A DNA stretch of 64,000 nucleotides from an uncultured Methanosarcinaceae archaeon (GCA_963833425.1 CAWHXP010000007.1:291584-355583), one strand, 5' to 3'; counted from the first letter of the stretch, positions 37,425 through 49,916 are shown. The notes: a model not told the origin generated them from the letters alone. Translations and numbers: made by a program.

Positions 37425-38793
37425 CTATCCAGTTATAAGAAAGTAAAGGCACACTGAAATTCCTGCACCTGCAAAAGTTGCCAGTAAATTGACTCCGCTG
37501 TTTGAAAGTATACCGTTCTTTTGAAGCGTAGCTCCAAGTAGACTATCCATATTAGTTCCAAAAAAACCACCTACAGTTGCGATAAAGACTGAAAGCAGAA
37601 GGTGGTCAGACACCCCTAATACGTAAGCAAGCAATCCTATCACCGCAGAGGCAAAAGTTGAAGAAATTTCGCCAAGTAAAGAAACAGCTCCATCAGTTCC
37701 GGGTTTTGCAAACTTAAGAGTTGTAATCATCCTCGGTCTTTCTTTCGACGTTGTCCCGATTTCACTTGCCAGGGTATCACCGGTAGCTGTTGCAATCGCG
37801 CCCAGATACGCATAAACGATTGGAATACTATGTTCTGGAAAAATTCCAGATGCTATTGCCAGGATAAGGGCTGCAGTGCTATTAGAAAATACATTTTCGT
37901 AACTTCTGATTCCTTCCTTATTCTGTGCAATTCCTAGTGATTTTTTGTATTTATACTTATATCGAGTAAACCCCCCTCCTAGAATAAAAAAAATTAACAG
38001 AAGCAAGAACCAAGAAAGATCAGTGAAGACAATTATCAAGGCTCCAAGAAGAGCAGCACTTAGAAGAGCCGAAACGTCGGCAATTTTCGCCCTATAGGCC
38101 AACGCCCCAAGGAAAAAAGAGAAGGTGAAAGCTATTAGCATTTTTTCAGGAGGGACCCAGTACCTAAACTCTTCAAAAATCCACATCGTCATCCCTGCAC
38201 CCAATGGTACTGATATATTTCTTTCTATTCTGGATGGAATCGACTCGAAAAGAGAGCCTGTGACTGCTCCTATTACGGCTATAAAGAATACCATATTATA
38301 TGAAACCGAAATCTTTTCCCAGTAAACAATCCAGCACGCCGCAAGGAATGCCGCAACAATGCGAATCCCCAAGACAGCCGAACTCCAGAATATTGAGAAA
38401 CTTCTCCTTTTAATCCTACTACATTTCAGCTTAAAATCAGAACCCGATTCATTTTCCACAAACGAAGAATTATGGTTTCCGACCGCTGCGACTGCAAAAG
38501 CGGCAAATACGATATATAAAGGATATGTGTATGAAGAATTTCCTGAAATAAAGGATACAAATAACATCAAAGATAGAGAAAAACAAAGACTAATGACATC
38601 CCTGTAATGGTAAATATGATTTTCCGAAAGACCTAATAGCTAGGAAAAGTATAATCGACAAGAGAAAAACAAGATTCTTTCCCGCAAAAGGGGCTATTAG
38701 AATGAGTAGAAAATATAGCATGTGGATTACAGGAATTCCGTGGTAGAAATTATCTCTTTTGAAGGGAATGGAAGCTCTGTTCATATAAGACAT
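37425..38793 (-). CDS. TIGR00297/DUF92 membrane protein, frameshift near 38600
   Basis: RSYENVFSN, ATGDTLASEIG, GTDGAVS, DSLLGATLQ. Confidence 0.88.
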
Positions 38794-39329
38794 CTTTTAC
38801 TTTTTACACTTTCAGGAAAACTAAACCGAATGGACTTTTATTAATAAATACATAGTTATTCCCCTTTCACTTTTATCCAAAAATACTTTCGCTTCAAGTT
38901 GTTTCATCTTATGTACATATTCACAATTCAAATAACTTCATGGATTATATATTCATAGACTAAACATATCGCTTCGTCTATGACTCACAAAACTTGTTAA
39001 TTCTTCTAGGCTTGCCAAAATTTATCATTAATTCCACTAGTAATTTGCTGCGATTAATTCTATAACTTAAACAGCAACAGGCTATACATATTGATTCAAA
39101 CAAACTTTTTCGATATTAGACTGAATTTGACTTACATCTTGGTTGGCTTAGATTGATGTTGCTTCCAACTTGGGATTTTTTTTCTTCGATTTTTCAGAAC
39201 TTGTCCTTAAGATATTTTCTCTTGTATTCATCTATTGCCCGGTCTATTCGTAACCTAGTATTGCAGATATCTTCACTTTTCTGATCTATCTAATAATCTC
39301 ACGATCAATATGCTTTCAGATGGACCCTG

Positions 39330-39560
39330 ATTTCTTTGTTAGAGATTTCAACTTTTTTGAGTGGCATATTTTTTGTATTATCAGCATTCATCAAACAATT
39401 TGATTTCAATATTGTAAAAGATATAATTGTTTTTCCCTAATAGCTTTGAGGTTCTTTAGGCTTGCATACCACGTATCAAACTTGACGAATTTAAGTTTAT
39501 ATATTTTATATTGGCTTTATCAAAATATCATGGGAATATTATTCTTGGTTTTATTACTTC
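39330..39560 (-). pseudogene. IS701-like transposase remnant
   Basis: Minus-strand FVKFDTWYASLKNLKAIREK. Confidence 0.45.
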
Positions 39561-40229
39561 TGGAGTGGGAAATATCACAAATACCCATCCTTTAAGTCGT
39601 GGATAGAGTGAACATTGACCTTTATTTGTTTTCTTTTGACCCTCTAAATCGTCGCTTATTTGTGAAATGAGTTTTTGGCACCATTGTCAAGTGAGATCCC
39701 CTATCTCCACGGGATTTGATATGCATTGAAGTTAAATAGCTTTATCCATGTTTATGGCCATAACGTATTTCAAATCGTTTGGTGCCTGAGTATCGATACA
39801 ACATATCCTACAATTAGCGATTAAAAAAGATTGATTGTCTGTAGTTACCGCTATTCGCATGGATCAAGGCGACTAAATTAATGCTATCTCAGCGATAAAA
39901 AATCAAATTCATTATTTCTAGAATTTCATCCGAGCAGCTCTCTATCGATATAGTCCAATAATTAAAAAGAGGTAAATCTCACAGATATTTTGAGCTTCAA
40001 CTTGAATTTAAAAAAAGATATTGTGACGTGAGTCTATGGTCAAGTGACAAGCTTTATCGATCGTTGGAAATGCGACAGATAAACAATAATGCTTTAGAAA
40101 GGATTCCAATTCGCCTTTCATTTTTTTTCTTCTCGGGAATGCGGGCCAAATTTTTCTCTCTGCTTTATTTATTTGGCTCTATTTTTTCTTTTCTGGTTCA
40201 CTATTCTTTGATTTTAAAGACAGCTTCTG

Positions 40230-41200
40230 CTATTCTTTAAGTATTACTTTTATTTTCAATGTCATCAATTGATGAAGATTATAATAAAAAGCTGTACATA
40301 ACATCTTTAAATTCATTCTTTTAACATTATGAACAAGAACTTCGCCATCTTTGAATACTCTTCTTAGTATTTGCATAAATTCATTCATCCATGTCTCTTT
40401 CTAATCTGATACTCTTGTTCTTAATACATAATTCATTCCAAGAGTATTTTATTTTACTACTCGGTTCATTGTAGCATCATAAACTTTTGATTTGGCTCCA
40501 AAGTACCCTCTGTATTGAAACAACTTCATTTTATTCTGGTAGATCTACATGAAAATCATTAAATGATAAAGTAGTTGTTTCGAATCTTCTGTAATCTAAT
40601 AGTCCCTGTATATTTATGTGATGTGACTTAGACCAGAAGTATTGATTTCAATGTTTTTTTATAATATTCCGTCTCTGATTTTAACTTTCCTTGCTTCATT
40701 TTCTTGAGATTTATCTGCTTTTGTATGTCCAGGATCTAAATGGAGAAAAGTAGCATCCTTGGTGATTTCGGGTTCCATTTTTAAATCAAGGCATTCAAGT
40801 TGGCTTTGGAACTTTGACTATTCATTTTTCTTTATATTTATCAATTATTCTTTTTCCAAATAACAAAACAGTGGTACTTTATTGTATCCACTCAGGAAAA
40901 CCAAAAAATTTTATGACAGGAATTCGATCACCAAATTGTTTCGCAAGTTTGAAGTCTAAAGATCATGAAATTGCTGTGAAAAGAGCATTTTAAAAATAAT
41001 TATTAAATAAAATCGGGTCTGCTTTCGGGAACTATTCTGCTAAATATAATGGATCCAAAAATTATACAAGTAGATATCCAACCAATAGGAATTAATCTCA
41101 GCAAGTTTGTTTTAATTAACTGAAGACATTTATATTCTTCTTTAAGCAAAAATAATTAAAAATTTTCATGAGCAAAAATAATGTTACGAGATTTAAACTA
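40230..41200 (-). mobile_element. Heavily decayed copy of the IS5 element at 19848-20980
   Basis: Colinear nucleotide similarity, e.g. ttggctccaaagtaccctctgt, aaaagtagcatcct and caagttggctttg. Confidence 0.75.
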
Positions 41201-41495
41201 CCAATACCTAAATGCAGATTAGGCATTCATTTTTATAGAATTGATCAATAACTCAAGAACGCGACTCATGAAAGAGATATCAAAAAGATAAGTTTTACCT
41301 GGAATAAAGACAAAAGAAATTCCAGATAAAGGCAAGGTTAAACAAAAATTTTTAATTTTCTTGATTTCGCTTTACTGCTGAGTTTTACTTTTCAATTATT
41401 AAATTACAAGATGCTTCTTATTATTTTTCTGGAATTTAGATTGATTGCGACCACGAAATGCTGGGAAAATCTAAATTTTGTCGATTCAAAAAATC

Positions 41496-42242
41496 TTAAG
41501 GAGCAAGAGCCGCATTGTACCCTTTGGCCAGGTTGTCATTTACATATACTACAGCTGCATTCGTTTTTTGATATGTATAGCCTTCGAAAACTGTTGGCAG
41601 ATTATCAGCATCCTTCTGCTTAGTGATAACCATACCTGCGGAGATGTATCTACCTTCAGGGATTGTTACGCCAATAGCTGCTGATTTTGGCTCAAGTACA
41701 CAATTGTTTCTCCTACATGTGGCTTAAAAACGAATGCTTGCATGCCAATAAATGTATCTTTACCTATCAAAGCAGGACCATGCACCTGATACTGATGTGC
41801 AAGAGAAACCCTTTCTCCCACGTAAACCGCGTATTTTTTACCGTCGGGACCAACAACAAGGTTATTTTCAACGAGCTTGCCGTGTTCGTCAATTGTCTCA
41901 AGTCCGTGAATCACAACTCCATCCTGAACATTACTATCTTTACTTAGGAAAATCGGCATTTCCTCGTCACCGCGAACAGATGCCATGGAGAAACCATTAC
42001 ATTCGCACCGATTGTCACGGCACCTATAACCGAAACCATGGATGGACAAAAGCTGTGTGATCAATAACAGGGCTAGTGGGCTTTGGATTCCATGGTGTCA
42101 CAGCATTAGGTATGATGTTGGAAAACCCAGCATGATTTGCATTTTGTTCTTTTGTCCCATCAGTATGTGTGCTCGCGCTCACTGAGAGAGGCACTAAAAG
42201 AGCTAGAATCAGGATTGTAAAGATTTGCTTGTTAAACTTATA
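41496..42242 (-). pseudogene. cam: Cam-type gamma carbonic anhydrase with signal peptide; start codon damaged, several frameshifts
   Basis: KFNKQIFTILIL, VTPWNPKP, SNVQDGVVIHGLE, SLAHQYQVHGPA; three His ligands retained; may be intact in vivo. Confidence 0.85.
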
Positions 42243-43173
42243 GAAGTTACACCTACTCTTTCTTTTAAAGCCTTCTTTACTCTACCCTCTTTACCGTATA
42301 ATCCCATATGTTTTTAAAGAAAGCAGCTTTCAAAAAATGTCATTCCCTAAGGTAGAACAAGAAGCTCTAAGAAAGTAAAAAAGAAGATTATTGTACTTTA
42401 ATTTAGTGATAGTATCTTCAACTTAGAATATTCAGCTTGTAGACATAAATATATATTACAAAATATATGAAAGCCATTCTCGAATAAGATGCAACTGATT
42501 CCAGTATCAATTCACTAACCTTCATAATTCAATCGGGCCTCAAAAGATGCTAGAATGAATATTGTACAATCGAAAAACAGTGAACTCTCAATATAATGTG
42601 TATAAATAAATAGATTAAGCTATGAAGGTTTGATAAATTTGTATAGTTGTCTTCGTTGGAATTTTTTCATCTCTTCGATACCAAGATCATTTTCTCGAAT
42701 TCTATGGATCAGCCTACGACAATTTAGGATGTAACTAACTCGTGAAGTTACCACAAATCCAATTTTCGCAGATTACACAAAAATGGCATATATTTTTCTT
42801 AATATGGCAATAGATTAAAATTTAATCTAATTTTCAATGAATATATAGCTTGCAATGGACAAACGAATTCTAGATTTGGGTACAGTAACGAAATAACTAT
42901 CACGACTTGTAAATGGAATCTTAAATGATCGTGAAGATCAGAGGTTCAATCTAAATCCTCTACATGTCAGATGAGCACCTAAAAAGTTAGCAATTTACAT
43001 AATATAAGAAAATATTAATATGTATTACACAAATAATTATTATACTTACAAAGTAGAGATCAGGGATATCACCATAATATATTTAAGAAAAAAGAAAAAA
43101 TGTGTGCACTAATAGTGTTGATTACTAGAAATAGTAGGCTCCAAAATGAATTTATATTAAAAAAATTGGGGAG

Positions 43174-44751
43174 ATGTATATGAAAATAGATCACAATATA
43201 AAAAATGAGGTAAATATAGTAGAAAAATTAGTAATTTTCAGTGAACTTATTGTTTTGTTTCTGGTTATAAGCTCGTCAATCGCTATGGCATATGTAGGAT
43301 TTTCAGAAGAAAACAAATCATCTGATAATCACAAAAATATTGTAAAACAAATTAAATTTTATCCAAAGTTTGGACTTGCACCAGAAAATCCTAAATTGGC
43401 CGAATACATAAAAAACAACAGATACAGTCAAGAGATTATAGTACCTTCACCTATAGATTTTAGTTATCTAAAAAATATTTCCAACAAAGGCTTAAACAGT
43501 TTAGCAAGCACACCTTTACCAACTTCCTATGATCTGCGGACATTGAACAAAGTAACCCCTGTAAAAAACCAGGGCCATTCAGCTACATGTTGGATATATG
43601 CAACTTACGGATCTCTGGAATCGAATCTCATGCCTGGACAAAACTACAACTTTTCGGAACAGAATATGAAAAATCTTCTTTCTGACAACTACACAAATGG
43701 TTTTGATCGCCGTTCAAATGGCGGAGGAAACTATTTAATGACAAGTGCCTATTTGACTAGCTGGGCCGGACCAATGAATAATAGCTCTGATCCTTGGAAT
43801 CCAAAACTATACACCTCACCAACAGAACTTCCGATACAAATACATGTACAAAATATAACTTATCTTGCACTTAGGTCCAATTCTACAGATAATCAGGAGA
43901 TAAAAGAGGCAATTATGAATTATGGCGGGGTTGGAACTTCAATTTATATGGATTATAATAATACTACAAACTGTAACAAAAATACATACAGTTATTACTA
44001 TAATGGAACGTTAGATTCCTATCATGACGTAACCATTGTGGGCTGGAATGATTCTTATAGTAGAAACAATTTCTCCACAATTCCACCAGGAAATGGGGCA
44101 TTTATCATCAAAAATAGTTGGGGTCCACAATGGGGTGATAATGGATATTTTTACATTTCCTATTATGATTCCAATTTAGGAAAACAAGGTGAAAATGTAG
44201 TATTCACTGCTGAACCACTTAATGATTATACAAACATCTACCAACACGATCCTCTTGGATGGACCGGATCATTAGGAGAAGGAGATTCCATCAATACATT
44301 TTGGGGTGCCAGCGTCTTTACTGGAAGATCTAACGAAACTCTCAAAGCAATAAGTTTCTACACTCCGGTCTATAACTCCAATTATACAATTAGTATCTAC
44401 AATAATACGGGATCCAAACCCATTAGTGCATCTGGTCCTATTGTTACGCAGACTGGAACAATTCCAACTACTGGCTACCACACAATCCCCCTGAGTTCTC
44501 GAGCTAATATCCAAGCTGGCCAAAATTTTTCCGTAGTCTTGGAACTGACGACCCCTGAATATACTTACCCGATATCAATATCAAAACCCATAAGAGGCTA
44601 TAGTAGTAATGCAAACGCAACTACGGGAGAAAGTTTTGCAAGTGCAGATGGAATTACGTGGTACGACATAACATCAGTGATACCAAACGCAACTATATGC
44701 ATCAAAGCATTTACAGACCCAATAAATATATCTCAGATCAAGATTGACTAA
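43174..44751 (+). CDS. Secreted papain-family (C1A) cysteine peptidase with C-terminal lectin-like domain
   Basis: VKNQGHSATCW (Gln and Cys), HDVTIVGW, IIKNSWG. Confidence 0.92.
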   Translation: MYMKIDHNIKNEVNIVEKLVIFSELIVLFLVISSSIAMAYVGFSEENKSSDNHKNIVKQIKFYPKFGLAPENPKLAEYIKNNRYSQEIIVPSPIDFSYLKNISNKGLNSLASTPLPTSYDLRTLNKVTPVKNQGHSATCWIYATYGSLESNLMPGQNYNFSEQNMKNLLSDNYTNGFDRRSNGGGNYLMTSAYLTSWAGPMNNSSDPWNPKLYTSPTELPIQIHVQNITYLALRSNSTDNQEIKEAIMNYGGVGTSIYMDYNNTTNCNKNTYSYYYNGTLDSYHDVTIVGWNDSYSRNNFSTIPPGNGAFIIKNSWGPQWGDNGYFYISYYDSNLGKQGENVVFTAEPLNDYTNIYQHDPLGWTGSLGEGDSINTFWGASVFTGRSNETLKAISFYTPVYNSNYTISIYNNTGSKPISASGPIVTQTGTIPTTGYHTIPLSSRANIQAGQNFSVVLELTTPEYTYPISISKPIRGYSSNANATTGESFASADGITWYDITSVIPNATICIKAFTDPINISQIKID

Positions 44752-45300
44752 TATCAAATTTTGATTTAGTTCTCTATAATCATCTTGTGAGTGTTAAGGT
44801 GATAGTGCATAAAATTGTAATAAAACGGTGATCTAGACTAGATATGCTTTTACTTCAAAATATATATAAATCAGAACAAAAGAAACCGAAGCTAAATAAA
44901 TCAAACTGTTGGCTCAACATCCTACTTTTTGCAGTGCAAGAAAAGGATAAAGAGCCAGTTATATTTTACAGAACTTTAGCTACACTTTCAAAACATGCAA
45001 AACCAAAAATGACTATAAAAATTAACTTCACTTTGCTAGTTGAAGATGTATTCTCCTCAATTGGCTAAATAATCTATGATCAATGTTATATGACTTTTTT
45101 TTAAAGCGCTTTTAACGGCATAAATCACATATTTTGCTATCTAATTTAGTGATGTGAGAAAGAAATTAATTTTAAAAGACAATGATTCTTATTAGTAGTA
45201 TTCGTTGTAGCTTCATTGACAGCTATTACCCCAACAAATAAGATTTATTCAATCTATTTAGGCAATGTTCCTTCATTGTACAAAGCGCCTACTACCATAT

Positions 45301-46266
45301 TTATTTAGATAAAGTTTTATTGTGCCAAGCTTTTAACTTTTGCAAATTAATTTCAATCGCTTTGAAATATGCTTTTTTTGCTTCATCTTGTTTATTTAAT
45401 TTATATAAAGCCAATCCTTTATCTTTCCAAGCCATTGAATCCTGAGGGTTAATTTCAATTATTTTGTCAAATGCTTTGCTTGCTTCATCGTATTTATTTA
45501 ATTTATATAAAGCGTTTCCTTTAAAGTGCCAAGCTATTGAATCATGTGGGTTAATTTCAATTGCTTTGTCAAATGCTTTTATTGCTTCATCGTATTTATT
45601 TAATTTATATAAAGCGTTTCCTTTAAAGTGCCAAGCTATTGAATCATGCGGGTTAATTTCAATTGCTTTGTCAAATGCTTTTATCGCTTCATCGGATTTA
45701 TTCAATTTATATAGAGCAAATCCTTTATTGTTCCAAGCTGCTGAGTCTTGCGAATTAATTTCAATCGCTTTGTCATAAGCTTTTTTAGCTTTATTGTATT
45801 TATTTAATTTATATAGAGCAAATCCTTTATCTTTCCAGGCAGTTGGATTATGCGGGTTAATTTCAATTGCTTTGTCAAATGCTTTTATTGCTTCATCGGA
45901 TTTATTCAATTTATATAGAGCAAATCCTTTATCTCTCCAAGCTACCGAATCATGCGGATTAATTTCAATTGCCTTGTCGAATGCATTTATTGCTTCATAG
46001 AATTTATTCAAAATAATTAGAGCAATTCCTTTATCTTTCCAAGCCATCGAATTCTGTGGGTTAATTTCAATTTCTTTGTTATATGTTTTTATTGCTTCAA
46101 CAGACTTATTTAAATTAGAGATATTGTTTCTTTCGGAGTTTGAAATATCTGCAAGTTGTGCTGCACCTGTGATATTCACAAGGATAAAAAACACCAGCAC
46201 AGTAATCTCTAAAAATGATAAGAAGGTATGCCTGTTACTTGATTTAGCATATTTTTCTTTGTTCAT
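45301..46266 (-). CDS. TPR-repeat protein with signal peptide
   Basis: About 7 tandem 34-aa units AWxxKGxALYKLNKxDEAIKAFDKAIEINP (102-bp DNA repeats). Confidence 0.92.
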   Translation of the reverse strand: MNKEKYAKSSNRHTFLSFLEITVLVFFILVNITGAAQLADISNSERNNISNLNKSVEAIKTYNKEIEINPQNSMAWKDKGIALIILNKFYEAINAFDKAIEINPHDSVAWRDKGFALYKLNKSDEAIKAFDKAIEINPHNPTAWKDKGFALYKLNKYNKAKKAYDKAIEINSQDSAAWNNKGFALYKLNKSDEAIKAFDKAIEINPHDSIAWHFKGNALYKLNKYDEAIKAFDKAIEINPHDSIAWHFKGNALYKLNKYDEASKAFDKIIEINPQDSMAWKDKGLALYKLNKQDEAKKAYFKAIEINLQKLKAWHNKTLSK

Positions 46267-46333
46267 TTTAAGCCTCTAATTTTTGTTCAGATATTAATGC
46301 TGAAAAAAAAACTACAACTTGCTATATCCTATG

Positions 46334-46421
46334 GAAAATTTTGATAAATTTCTTATCTTCACGACTTATTTAGTTACTATTTATAAGCACATGAAGAAAT
46401 TTATGGGTTTATCGAAATTTT
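46334..46421. mobile_element. About 90-bp IS5-type MITE
   Basis: gaaaattttgataaat ... gtttatcgaaatttt; homologous to 10810-10899 in reverse orientation. Confidence 0.65.
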
Positions 46422-46601
46422 ATATAATTATATATGTAAAATTATAAGATCTTTTGCATATTTTTCTTTAAACTACGTATAACAGTTTCAACTACTTCAG
46501 TACATTAAATCCTATTTATATCCAATCATCAAGAACTGTATCGAGAGTAGATCCAGAAATGTCGAATGTTTCATTTATACCAATTTATTTTATAGACTAT
46601 A

Positions 46602-46935
46602 GAGGATTTCGATAAACTTCGGATTTTATTTCTTAGCAGGAATTTTTCATATATTCCCCTCAATTTCTCTATTTAATTCCTCTTTTTGGCTTTACTTATT
46701 CTCAATTCTTTGATTTTAAAGATAGCTTCCGCTATCTTCAAGATATACTTTTTTTATTTTCAATGTCCTCAATTGATGGAGATTATAACAAAAAGCCGTA
46801 CACAACATTTTTAGATTTACTCTTTTAACAGTAGTTACAAAAACTCTTCCTGCTTTGAAAATTTCTTTCGTTACTGAATAAACTCTTTCCCCTGGGACTC
46901 TTTTTGAGCTAATTCTCTTATTTCTTAATATATCC
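46602..46935 (-). mobile_element. 3' fragment of the IS5 element, cut by an IS6-type MITE
   Basis: Near-identical to 19848-20180 including the TIR gaggatttcgataaac. Confidence 0.9.
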
Positions 46936-47083
46936 GGTTCTGTTGCAAAAAATCTGGCATTTTACAAAACCAATGAAAAACATCACAAATGGGATATTTA
47001 TATGCCATAAACGGGTCAATAATTATACAAAAAGCACTAGTTATAGCCTAAAAAGATAGTAAAATTATTTTTGCAACAGAACC
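46936..47083. mobile_element. 148-bp MITE with IS6-type TIRs
   Basis: ggttctgttgcaaaaa ... tttttgcaacagaacc; copies at 50330 and 51055. Confidence 0.85.
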
Positions 47084-47411
47084 AGAAAAGCTTCCTTTAT
47101 AAATGCAAAGTTTAAAAACTAGTAATGAAATTGTGAATTCCATTTTCCTGATCGAAGAGATAATCTTTTATGAGTGAAAAAACGATTCTACCAAATTTGG
47201 CATGATTGCAAAAAAACTTCATTGATAAAAGATCAAAACTTACCTTTTTTGTTAGTTTAAACAATGTGGATTTTTAAAATATTCTCATATTTATAAATAA
47301 GTAAAGATTTCATATACCTCCTTGCATAATGGGGAACAGTTAAAAAAAACTAATTTTAAAGAAATCTCAGAATAAGCGCGAAATCCCTACAACAGAACTA
47401 GGGGATTCAAA

Positions 47412-48330
47412 ATGAGCTCAGTAGGAACTTACAACACTACATTTAATGACACTTCAGGATTAATCACCGTTTCTGTATTCTCACGCATATATAGTCCTCC
47501 GAAAGAGCATTGGATAGATGAAGAAATATTAGTCGGTGACGGTGATATGCTAACTATCGGCGGTGGTGGCCAAACTACTGATCAATCTCCTTATAAAGCA
47601 TTATTGACTGCCTCTTACCCGAACAATGATCTATCTGGATGGGTGGTTAGTTCTAAAGATCACGAGTATCCTCATACACACGAGCTAATCACCCATGTAA
47701 TCGGAATAAAGATTAAGGAAATGAGTCGGCAGCAGTTGCTAGAGTAAATGTACGTCAGTACGGCTGCTAGTGGAGTGGCGTCACATCCTGAAGCTGAAAC
47801 TGGTGTTCCATCTGATAATTTTGTACTAGTTGGTGGGGGGTTCAGGGTAGATTGGTATGGAGCTGGGAACATTGGAACAACTTCCTTCCTTATAACAGAG
47901 TTTTCTTGGAAGGCTTGTTCTAAGGATCACGGTATCTCAGATGCTATCAACGATGCAAAAGCAAAAGCTATAAAGCATAATGTTAAGGTGAATTTTGTAG
48001 TTGGAAATATATTACAGATGGAACGATTATTCACAGAAGCTGAATTTGATATCGTTATTGATTCGGGTTTGTTTCATGTGATGACGGATGAGGAAAGGCC
48101 AGTTTTTGTATGACAGATACATAGAGTGCTAAAACCAGGCGGCAAATATTTCATGCTCTGTTTCTCGGATAAAGAGCCCGGAGACTACGGGCCCAGGCGG
48201 ATTTCAAAAGCTGAAATAGAGCGTACTTTCACGCCATTTTTTAATATCTATATATAAAAGATGCGGCTTTCGATTCTGGAGTTGGACCATGTAGCATTAA
48301 AGCATACCTGTTGTTAGCGAGAAAGAGTTA
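47412..48330 (+). pseudogene. Chimeric pseudogene: repeat-domain N-terminus fused to the C-terminal half of a class I SAM methyltransferase
   Basis: In-frame stops at 47745 (TAA) and 48111 (TGA); two GGG...W...SKDH repeats, then FDIVIDSGLFH and HRVLKPGG. Confidence 0.7.
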
Positions 48331-48404
48331 ATTAGATTAAGCTAGAGATTTAATGCTCCATCTATGAAGTTTCATGAAATCTTGGATAGGCTTTCTATTA
48401 GCAG

Positions 48405-49916
48405 TTAGGATGTAGGAGATCTAGTATCCCCGTCATTATTTTTCAATCGTTTTTTTTCTAGGTCTCCTTTATTCAGCGTTACTGTTTTCTCCCTCATGAT
48501 TATCCCTTCAGCTGCCATAATCCCAGTAGCAGCTGCATTGACTATGTCCCTTGAAAGTCCTGCACCGTCTCCTGCAGCAAAAAGGTTTTTGATACTGGTT
48601 TCCATTTGCCTGTCTACGTTTAGGTGCATTGCGTAGAACTTGACTTCAGGAGCGTACAGTAGAGTTGAGTCTGAAGTAACACCAGGGATGATCTCGTTTA
48701 AGGTCTCAAGACCTTCGATTATATCCATAACTATTCTGTGAGGCAGAGCCATTGAGATATCACCGGGAGTGACATCTTTGAGCGTATTTACAACAAGATT
48801 TTTAACAATGCGTTCTTTTGTGGATCTTCGGCCGCGCCTAAGATCTCCCATGCGCTGTAGAACCGGTTTTCCCCCGCCGATTGTAGTTGCAAGCTTTGCA
48901 ATTGAACGAGCATATTTAGTGGTATTTTCTATTGGCTCGGTAAGTTCAACACGCACAAGGAAAGCAAAATTTGTATTTTCCGATTCTATGTTTGTCAGAG
49001 AGTGGCCATTCGTTGCTATAAAATCCTCATATTCTTCTTTTACTACAAAACCATGCTTATTGGTACAAAAAGTCCGAACAAAATCATCATAACGGCGGGT
49101 CTGGATGTGAAACTTAGGGTCGCGGTTGATTTTCGTTACTGGATCCATAACAATTGCAGGAATTTCTACTCTTACACCTATGTCAATTCCACCATATCGA
49201 GCTTTTATCCCATGTTTTTCAATCATTTCCGAAACCCAATTGCAGCCTCTTCGCCCTGGAGATAGGAGCACGTAATGAGCGGGAATTAGCTGCCCACTAA
49301 AGAGTATAACGCCTTTTGAGGCTCCTTCTTCGATCAGAAGGTCTTTTACCTCTGTTTCAAGCATGAAGTCCACTCCTTTATTAATAAGATCCTGTTTGAA
49401 GCGCCCTATTACTGCAGGAGCATTATCCGAACCTATGTGTCGCTGTTTTATATCGATAAAACGAGCTCCTACAGCTGCAGCTCTTCGCTTTAGCTCCTCG
49501 ATATCCGACCCTTCAGACAGCATAACTTCATGGGGAGCTCCGAATCCAAGGAAAACGTTATCTACTTTTTCAACAAGTTCCCAAGCTTCAATATTATCTC
49601 CTGTCAGAGCTGACAGATCCCCTCCCACATCTGGCCTCAAGTTCAGAGTTCCATCTGAAAAAGTCCCGCAGCCTCCTACCCCACACATAATGTCACACGG
49701 AATACAGTGCATGCAGTAGGTATGAGCCTTCATTGGACACAGGCGTTTTTCTATATCTCTGCCCATATCCACAATAAGTATTTTGAGCAAATGGGTCATA
49801 GAGAGCTCGTAGGCTGCAAACATTCCAGCAGGCCCTGCTCCTATAATTATAACATCATACCCCGAATTGATCTCATTTTTCTCAGAAAACTGATTTTCAG
49901 TATCCATGCATAACAC
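48405..49916 (-). CDS. FAD-dependent oxidoreductase (COG2509-like)
   Basis: IIIGAGPAG, Cys cluster CMHCIPC, GVRVE, FAAGDGAG. Confidence 0.88.
   Translation of the reverse strand: MLCMDTENQFSEKNEINSGYDVIIIGAGPAGMFAAYELSMTHLLKILIVDMGRDIEKRLCPMKAHTYCMHCIPCDIMCGVGGCGTFSDGTLNLRPDVGGDLSALTGDNIEAWELVEKVDNVFLGFGAPHEVMLSEGSDIEELKRRAAAVGARFIDIKQRHIGSDNAPAVIGRFKQDLINKGVDFMLETEVKDLLIEEGASKGVILFSGQLIPAHYVLLSPGRRGCNWVSEMIEKHGIKARYGGIDIGVRVEIPAIVMDPVTKINRDPKFHIQTRRYDDFVRTFCTNKHGFVVKEEYEDFIATNGHSLTNIESENTNFAFLVRVELTEPIENTTKYARSIAKLATTIGGGKPVLQRMGDLRRGRRSTKERIVKNLVVNTLKDVTPGDISMALPHRIVMDIIEGLETLNEIIPGVTSDSTLLYAPEVKFYAMHLNVDRQMETSIKNLFAAGDGAGLSRDIVNAAATGIMAAEGIIMREKTVTLNKGDLEKKRLKNNDGDTRSPTS

Noticed and set aside
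45340..46100. Regular 102-bp repeats as a CRISPR array
   Set aside because: They are in-frame TPR coding repeats with no unique spacers
48111..48113. In-frame TGA as selenocysteine
   Set aside because: The position fits Arg (CGA to TGA) in an already broken chimeric gene, and Methanosarcina is not known to use Sec
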